A stretch of 64,000 nucleotides of DNA from Bacteroidota bacterium (GTDB lineage Bacteria > Bacteroidota > Bacteroidia > Flavobacteriales > Weeksellaceae), in assembly GCA_023422635.1 (NCBI GenBank), contig JAFAGO010000029.1, forward strand, positions 116,796 to 180,795. Direction: 5' to 3'. The notes under the pieces were generated by a model that saw only the letters and a list, made by a program, of their open reading frames with translations, had not been told where the DNA came from and did not search any database. The translations under genes and the position numbers were made by a program. Below, in pieces: positions 58,143 to 64,000 of the stretch; within the stretch, counting starts at the first letter, position 1; each line of letters begins with the position of its first letter.

Positions 58143-59285
58143 TTATTTCTTCGAAATCGATCTGGAAATTACAATTTTTTGAATTTCTGATGTTCCCTCG
58201 TAAATTTGGGTGATTTTTGCATCTCTCATCATTCTTTCCACGTGGTACTCTTTCACATAGCCGTAACCACCGTGAATTTGAACGGCTTCCACCGTAGTGT
58301 CCATTGCCACTTGAGAAGAATATAGTTTTGCCATTGCTCCAATTTCAGAAATATCTTTGCCTTCATCTTTTTCTGCAGCTGCTTTATACACCAACATTCT
58401 TGCCGCTGTAATTTGAGTATGCATATCTGCCAATTTAAAAGCAATTGCCTGATGATTAATAATTTCCGTACCGAAAGCTTTTCTTACTTTCGCATACTGA
58501 AGTGCCAATTCATACGCTCCAGAAGCAATACCAAGCGCTTGAGAAGCAATACCAATTCTACCTCCATTTAAAACTGCCATAGCGAAATTAAAACCAAAAC
58601 CATCTTCGCCAATTCTGTTTTCTTTCGGAACTTTTACATCCGTAAACAATAAAGAATGGGTATCGCTGCCTCTAATTCCGAGTTTATCTTCCTTAGGGCC
58701 AATTTCAAATCCTTCCCATCCTCGTTCAACAATAAAAGCGTTTATGCCTTTATGCTTTTTTTCAGGATGCGTTTGTGCAATTACAATATAATAGGTTGCG
58801 CGACCACCATTGGTAATCCAATTTTTGGTACCATTTAACAAGTAGTAATCCCCTTTATCTTCGGCGGTCGTATGTTGAGAGGTAGCATCAGAACCTGCTT
58901 CTGGTTCAGAAAGGGCAAAAGCACCAACTACTTCCCCACTTGCTAATGGTACTAGATATTTTTGTTTCTGCTCTTCGCTTGCGTATTTATCAATTCCAGT
59001 ACAAACAAGAGAATTGTTAACCGACATAATTACCGCTGCCGAGGCATCTACTTTCGCGATTTCTTCCATAGCGACAACGTACGACATTGCATCCATTCCC
59101 GAACCACCATATTCAGGAGCTACCATCATACCTAAAAATCCCAGTTCAGCCATTTTTTTCACCAACTCTTCTGGAAATTTTTGATCACGATCTCTTTCAA
59201 TAACACCGGGCAATAATTCGGTTTGTGCAAAATCTCTAGCAGCTTGCTGAATCATCAGCTGTTCTTCAGATAGATTAAAATCCAT
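58143..59285 (-). CDS. Acyl-CoA dehydrogenase (short/medium-chain type)
   Basis: MDFNLSEEQ start, SEPEAGSDA, C-terminal QIYEGTSEIQ. The upstream 37 codons of the ORF track are likely not translated. Confidence 0.9.
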   Translation of the reverse strand: MDFNLSEEQLMIQQAARDFAQTELLPGVIERDRDQKFPEELVKKMAELGFLGMMVAPEYGGSGMDAMSYVVAMEEIAKVDASAAVIMSVNNSLVCTGIDKYASEEQKQKYLVPLASGEVVGAFALSEPEAGSDATSQHTTAEDKGDYYLLNGTKNWITNGGRATYYIVIAQTHPEKKHKGINAFIVERGWEGFEIGPKEDKLGIRGSDTHSLLFTDVKVPKENRIGEDGFGFNFAMAVLNGGRIGIASQALGIASGAYELALQYAKVRKAFGTEIINHQAIAFKLADMHTQITAARMLVYKAAAEKDEGKDISEIGAMAKLYSSQVAMDTTVEAVQIHGGYGYVKEYHVERMMRDAKITQIYEGTSEIQKIVISRSISKK

Positions 59286-59419
59286 TTTGTTTAAAGTTTT
59301 TTTTGTAAGGTTTGTGTGCTTGTAAATGTACAATTTCTGTAATAATACCAAAATTCTTTTTTTTGGTAGATTCCTAAAAAATTTTATATTTACCAAATCA
59401 CCCTTTTATAAGATAGAAT

Positions 59420-61195
59420 ATGATTTTTACAAGACTTTTCGATATTGCCTACTATGCGGCCAATAATCTACCGAATACGGATATGTTCGTTACGAAACAC
59501 CAAGGAGAATGGCAAAAAACTTCTTCCCGAGAGTTTATAGGCTTGGGCAATCAGTTCTCTCGAGGCATTATTAAATTAGGAATTAAACCTGGCGATAAAA
59601 TTGCCATCATTACATCGAATACACGTACAGAATGGTCTATTGTTGATTTTGGTAGCTTGCAAGTAGGAATCATCACCGTGCCTGTTTATCCTACGATTGC
59701 TCCTACTGATTATGAATTTATTTTCAATAATGCAGAAGTGAAATTCTGTTTTGTTTCGGATAGAGAACTTTATGATAAAGTTGATCAAATAAAAGATCGT
59801 GTTGCCAGTTTGCAAGGTGTTTTCTCGTTTGATAATATTGATGGCGTTCCAAATTGGCGTGAAGTTCTCGATTTAGGTAGGGATGATTCTACACAAAATG
59901 AAGTAGACGATATTGCTAAAACCATCAATCCTACCGACTTGGCAACCATTATTTACACCTCGGGTACTACAGGAAAACCAAAAGGAGTGATGCTTACCCA
60001 CGACAATATTGTGGCAAACATTAAAGGCGCAGATGAACGAATTCCTATGAAACCTAATTTCGATTATAAGGAAGCGCGTGCATTAAGCTTTTTACCAATT
60101 TGTCATATTTTCGAAAGAATGCTTTTTTACCTCTATCAAAGCAAAGGAATCTCCATTTACTTCGCAGAAAGCATTGATAAAATGGGCGATAACATAAAAG
60201 AGGTGAAACCTCACTATATGACTGTTGTACCGAGACTTTTAGAAAAAGTGTACGATAAAATATACGACAAAGGAACTGCAGCAGGCGGTTTAAAATCGAA
60301 AATTTTTCTTTGGGCTTTGAGTGTAAATGAAGCGAAGAAAGAAATTTCAAAACCAAGCGGAATTAAAGAAATTATTGCCGACAAATTGGTATTCAAAAAA
60401 TGGAGAGAAGGCTTAGGTGGCGAAATCACCACTTTAGTTTCTGGTTCAGCTGCGTTATCTGTGCGATTGAATAAAATTTTTCAAAATGCAGGAATTCCCA
60501 TTTTAGAAGGATACGGACTTACTGAAACTTCACCGGTAATTTCGGTAAATTCGTTCGGACATATTAAAGCTGGATCTGTGGGACATCCGCTAAAAAATGT
60601 TCAAGTAAAAATTCAAGAAGATGGTGAAATCACCGTGAAAGGTCCATCCATTTTTTCGGGATATTACAATAATGAGGAACAAACACGAGAAGCATTTACA
60701 GAGGATGGATTTTTTAAAACAGGCGATATTGGCCATATCGACAGCGAAGGTTATTTAACGATTACCGACCGTAAAAAGGAAATGTTTAAAACTTCAGGAG
60801 GTAAATATGTTGCGCCGCAAGTGATTGAAAATTTAGTGAAAGCTTCCAAATTTATCGAGCAATTAATGGTTGTTGGAGAAGGCGAAAGAATGCCTTGTGC
60901 AATTGTTCAACCGGATTATACGTTTGCGAAAAACTGGGCAGAAATCCATCATATTTCTATTGGTGGTTCTCCAGAAGAAATGTCGAAAAGTCCAGAACTT
61001 AAAGCAAGAATTGAAAAAGAAATTGAAAAAATCAACAAAGATTTAGGCAATTGGGAAAAAATTAAAAAAATTGAACTTTCACCAGAAATTTGGTCAATTG
61101 AAGGTGGCGAACTAACGCCAACTTTAAAGCTAAAAAGGAAAAAAATTAAAGAAAAATATATGTATTTATACGACAGAATGTATCAGCAACAATAG
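59420..61195 (+). CDS. fadD: Long-chain fatty acid-CoA ligase (AMP-forming)
   Basis: AMP-binding YTSGTTGKPKGV, GYGLTETS, TGDIG...DRKKE. Confidence 0.9.
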   Translation: MIFTRLFDIAYYAANNLPNTDMFVTKHQGEWQKTSSREFIGLGNQFSRGIIKLGIKPGDKIAIITSNTRTEWSIVDFGSLQVGIITVPVYPTIAPTDYEFIFNNAEVKFCFVSDRELYDKVDQIKDRVASLQGVFSFDNIDGVPNWREVLDLGRDDSTQNEVDDIAKTINPTDLATIIYTSGTTGKPKGVMLTHDNIVANIKGADERIPMKPNFDYKEARALSFLPICHIFERMLFYLYQSKGISIYFAESIDKMGDNIKEVKPHYMTVVPRLLEKVYDKIYDKGTAAGGLKSKIFLWALSVNEAKKEISKPSGIKEIIADKLVFKKWREGLGGEITTLVSGSAALSVRLNKIFQNAGIPILEGYGLTETSPVISVNSFGHIKAGSVGHPLKNVQVKIQEDGEITVKGPSIFSGYYNNEEQTREAFTEDGFFKTGDIGHIDSEGYLTITDRKKEMFKTSGGKYVAPQVIENLVKASKFIEQLMVVGEGERMPCAIVQPDYTFAKNWAEIHHISIGGSPEEMSKSPELKARIEKEIEKINKDLGNWEKIKKIELSPEIWSIEGGELTPTLKLKRKKIKEKYMYLYDRMYQQQ

Positions 61196-61212
61196 TAAAT
61201 AAACGAGAGAAA

Positions 61213-61249
61213 AAAAAGCGGCGGCATCTTCAGATGCCGCCGCTTTTTT
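61213..61249. terminator. Strong bidirectional terminator
   Basis: Perfect GC-rich stem GCGGCGGCATC/GATGCCGCCGC with a TTCA loop, flanked by A-run and T-run. Confidence 0.85.
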
Positions 61250-61276
61250 ATATGTTCCGTAAGTAAAAATCGGTGA

Positions 61277-62059
61277 TTAACCGAATTTAATTACTTCTTT
61301 CATTCTTTCATTTTCTTCGTTTACCAATTCTTCATCCACTAAGATTTTACCAGAATGTTCATCGATAATGATTTTCTTTCTTTGTGCAATTTCCATTTGC
61401 TTTTGTGGTGGAATCGTGAAGAATGATCCTTTAGCTGCACCTCTTTCTAAACCTACAACTGCAAGTCCGTTTTTCGAACTCGTACGAATTCTGTTATAAG
61501 AAGCCAAAAGTCTTTCATCAATTTTTTCAGAAAATTCTTTGGATTTTTCAATCAGATATTCTTCTTCTTTTTGAGTTTCAGAAATCAAATCATCCAATTC
61601 ATTCTTTTTGAATTTTAGATGTTGTTTTAACTGATCAATTTTAGAATTAAGTTCGCCTAAAGTTTCTTCTTTATGGGCAATTTTAGCACCGAATTCTCTA
61701 ATTTTCTTTTCAGAAAGTTGAATTTCAAGTTCTTGATATTCAATTTCTTTCCCAAGAGATTCGAATTCTTTATTATTTCTTACGGTATCCTGTTGGCTTT
61801 TGTATTTTTCAATTAAGCTTTTGGAATGATTAATCACTTCATTTTTTGTAGAGATTTCTTCATTCTGTTCTTTAATTTCTTGTTGAAATTTTTCGGATCT
61901 CTTTTCTAATCCGGCAATTTCAATTTCCAAATCTTCCACTTCAATTGGTAATTCACCTCTGGTGTTACGGATATCGTCCAATCGGGAATCAATAATCTGA
62001 AGGTCATATAACGCCCTTAGTTTTTCTTCCACAGGAATGTCGTTTGTTTTCTTAGCCAT
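61277..62059 (-). CDS. COG1579/DUF164-type coiled-coil protein with a cysteine-less zinc-ribbon remnant
   Basis: 260 aa. Long coiled coil, then a C-terminal GLAVVGLERGAAKGSFFTIPPQKQ...IIIDEHSGKILV. Conserved position downstream of the Nif3 gene. Confidence 0.75.
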   Translation of the reverse strand: MAKKTNDIPVEEKLRALYDLQIIDSRLDDIRNTRGELPIEVEDLEIEIAGLEKRSEKFQQEIKEQNEEISTKNEVINHSKSLIEKYKSQQDTVRNNKEFESLGKEIEYQELEIQLSEKKIREFGAKIAHKEETLGELNSKIDQLKQHLKFKKNELDDLISETQKEEEYLIEKSKEFSEKIDERLLASYNRIRTSSKNGLAVVGLERGAAKGSFFTIPPQKQMEIAQRKKIIIDEHSGKILVDEELVNEENERMKEVIKFG

Positions 62060-62062
62060 ATT

Positions 62063-63160
62063 TTAAATAAAGTAGTTTACTGGATTGGTATTTTCTCTAG
62101 ATTTAGAGATTGCAAATTTAGTAAATTTTTCCGATAAAAGTTCAAACAATTGTTGAGTAACAAATTGTTCCGATTCAAAATGACCAATATCGCAGAATAG
62201 AATTTTATTTTCTGCCTGAAAGAAATCGTGGTATTTTACATCTCCCGTTAAATACGCATCGCAGCCCCAATTTTTAGCGGCAGCAATTCCACTTGCTCCA
62301 CTTCCGCCCAAAACCGCAACTTTTTTAATTTTCTTACCGGTAAATTCGGAATGACGAATCACTTTTAATTGAAAGGTTTCCTTTACAAAGTGCAAAAAAT
62401 CCGGCTCATCCATTTCATTCGCCAATTGGCCATATCGACCGAGACCAAGATAATGGTTTTCATTTTCTAATTGATAGATTTGATAGGCAACTTCTTCATA
62501 TGGATGTGCATTTTTTACGGCAGATAAAATCGTATTTTTTTTGGCACTTTCGAAAATGGAGGAAATCATTACTTCGTCTGCATTTTCCCGCACATTTTCG
62601 CTTCCAGAAAATGGATTTGATCCAGCTAACGGGCGAAAAGTTCCAGTTCCTGGAATACTGAAGCTGCATTGATCGTAGAATCCAATATGTCCTGCTCCCG
62701 CTTGAAACAAAGCATCTTTCACCGCTTCAGCAAAAGCAGAAGGAACATACACAGCCATTTGCATTATATCGGATTTTTTTGGCATTAAGACCTTTTGATC
62801 TTTCAAACCTAAAGCCTCACAAATTCCGAAATTCACTCCGAAATAATCATTATCAAAAGCTGTATGCACCGCAAAAATCGCAATTTTATTTTCCATTGCT
62901 TTTACGATTGCACGTTCAACATAATTTTTTCCTGTAATGGATTTTAAACCCGAAAACAAAATAGGATGAAACGCCACAATTACATTATGATTGGTCTCAA
63001 TAGCTTCATCAACCACCGATTCCAAAGCGTCGTGCGCAACTAGAACACCCGATATTTCACGGTCGGGATTTCCACAAAGTAAACCTACATTATCAAAATC
63101 TTCCGCCTGCCAAAGAGGAATACGATCTTGAAAAGCTTGTACAAATTCTTTTATTTTCAT
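62063..63160 (-). CDS. Nif3-like dinuclear metal centre protein (GTP cyclohydrolase 1 type 2 homolog)
   Basis: 365 aa. NIF3 pattern WQAEDFDNVGL...AFHP...HTAFD...GDVKYHD with an inserted PII-like middle domain. Confidence 0.85.
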   Translation of the reverse strand: MKIKEFVQAFQDRIPLWQAEDFDNVGLLCGNPDREISGVLVAHDALESVVDEAIETNHNVIVAFHPILFSGLKSITGKNYVERAIVKAMENKIAIFAVHTAFDNDYFGVNFGICEALGLKDQKVLMPKKSDIMQMAVYVPSAFAEAVKDALFQAGAGHIGFYDQCSFSIPGTGTFRPLAGSNPFSGSENVRENADEVMISSIFESAKKNTILSAVKNAHPYEEVAYQIYQLENENHYLGLGRYGQLANEMDEPDFLHFVKETFQLKVIRHSEFTGKKIKKVAVLGGSGASGIAAAKNWGCDAYLTGDVKYHDFFQAENKILFCDIGHFESEQFVTQQLFELLSEKFTKFAISKSRENTNPVNYFI

Positions 63161-63254
63161 TTTAAAAGTGAATGAATTTCCGTATTTTTTATTTTGATTT
63201 AAATTTTCTAAAAACGTTTCTTTCTAATTGAATTTAAACCATTTTTCTACTCGT

Positions 63255-63710
63255 TTACGTTCTGATAAACAAACGTTCATCAAAACTGAACTTTTCTATT
63301 ATGTGTACTTTAACTTTATTAAAATCAGGATGGCGAGGATTGAGTAAATAATTAAACTCACCTTGAACTGCCGCAGATGGAACTTTTAGCACCAACTTTT
63401 TTGCATCAAAAATAAATGTATCGCCTAATTTTTGAGTATCATCTGGATGCGGAAAAATATTCCAAGCAACAGGTAGTTTTTTTACTTCTGCCATTGAATC
63501 ATCAGGAATATCGATATGTACCAAACAATAATCTATCGGAAGAATACCAAGCGGAACATGAACCGCAATTTCTGCCACACAAAGCGCAATCGATTGAGCG
63601 GTATAAAGCATTGCCACACCCTTACTGTTCCAACGGCCACCAACAATTTCAGCACCTTTTCCGCTTAAATCGTTTGCATACATTCTTTTCGAAAGACGGT
63701 AAACAATCAT
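63255..63710 (-). CDS. RES-domain toxin (NAD+-targeting family)
   Basis: 151 aa. VYRL...GAEIVGGRWNSKG...LYTAQSIALCVAEIAVH carries the R-E-S pattern. Confidence 0.8.
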   Translation of the reverse strand: MIVYRLSKRMYANDLSGKGAEIVGGRWNSKGVAMLYTAQSIALCVAEIAVHVPLGILPIDYCLVHIDIPDDSMAEVKKLPVAWNIFPHPDDTQKLGDTFIFDAKKLVLKVPSAAVQGEFNYLLNPRHPDFNKVKVHIIEKFSFDERLFIRT

Positions 63711-63716
63711 GGTGAG

Positions 63717-64000
63717 TTATGCTAAAACGCCATGCTCAATGCGCGTTAATTCATCCATTAATAGAGAAATACCGAAGGAAGTATCCAAGATTTCTTGGGG
63801 CTTTATTTTACCCAAAGCAAGATTCTCTGCCTGCAACCAAATGATGAAATGATCGTGAGAGCCAAAAACCTCTTTACCCCTGGTGTAAAGCAACTCAATT
63901 TGAAGAATTTTTTCTGATTGCAGAGCATCAAAGGTTTTGCCTTCTTTTTGATAGCGCGACAACGTTTTGCCAGAAATATGAAGAAAATCCGCCCAATTCT
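63717..64000 (-). CDS. Xre-type antitoxin with DUF2384 toxin-binding domain (5' end beyond the window)
   Basis: The frame stays open to the window edge (..NWADFLHISGKTLSRYQKEGKTF..). The C-terminal part resembles ParS/MbcA DUF2384. Ends 6 nt upstream of the RES gene. Confidence 0.7.
   Translation of the reverse strand, partial: NWADFLHISGKTLSRYQKEGKTFDALQSEKILQIELLYTRGKEVFGSHDHFIIWLQAENLALGKIKPQEILDTSFGISLLMDELTRIEHGVLA

Noticed and set aside
1-64000. CRISPR arrays, rRNA genes, IS transposases, reverse transcriptases, large defence ATPases or nucleases
   Set aside because: No regularly spaced repeats, rRNA-like sequence or such protein signatures were seen in any of the listed ORFs or in the larger spacers.

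Overview
AT-rich chromosomal segment with Bacteroidota (Flavobacteriales-like) hallmarks. These include TAnnTTTG -7 promoter boxes, many TonB-dependent receptors and OM barrels, a split pdhA-pdhC, a parE/parC pair, and TGTCA...GTCGAAG intergenic repeats. The taxon call is inference. About 45 credible CDS are mostly housekeeping: membrane and soluble pyrophosphatases, RadC, LolD-like ATPase, PDH E1alpha/E2, rhomboid, topo IV ParE/ParC, YchF, ferritin, PurU, MscS, RRM protein, TypA, Tex, HemN, acyl-CoA dehydrogenase, FadD, Nif3. Transport genes include two TonB receptors, a porin plus DASS permease, and an APC permease. The one clear accessory region is a ~6.3-kb integrative element (43099-49387) in the 3' end of a tRNA-Arg(CCG) gene. 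It is bounded by a perfect 18-bp direct repeat. It carries a tyrosine integrase, an Xis-like HTH, a HigB/HigA module and four unrecognisable ORFs, with no visible transfer or packaging genes. This is the best candidate for something undescribed. Other items worth a look are an mPPase-OmpA fusion, a lipoprotein gene put out of frame by an A8 tract, a plug domain without a barrel, a cysteine-free zinc-ribbon homolog, paired DnaA boxes, and a RES-Xre module truncated at the window edge. No rRNA, CRISPR array or transposase was seen.
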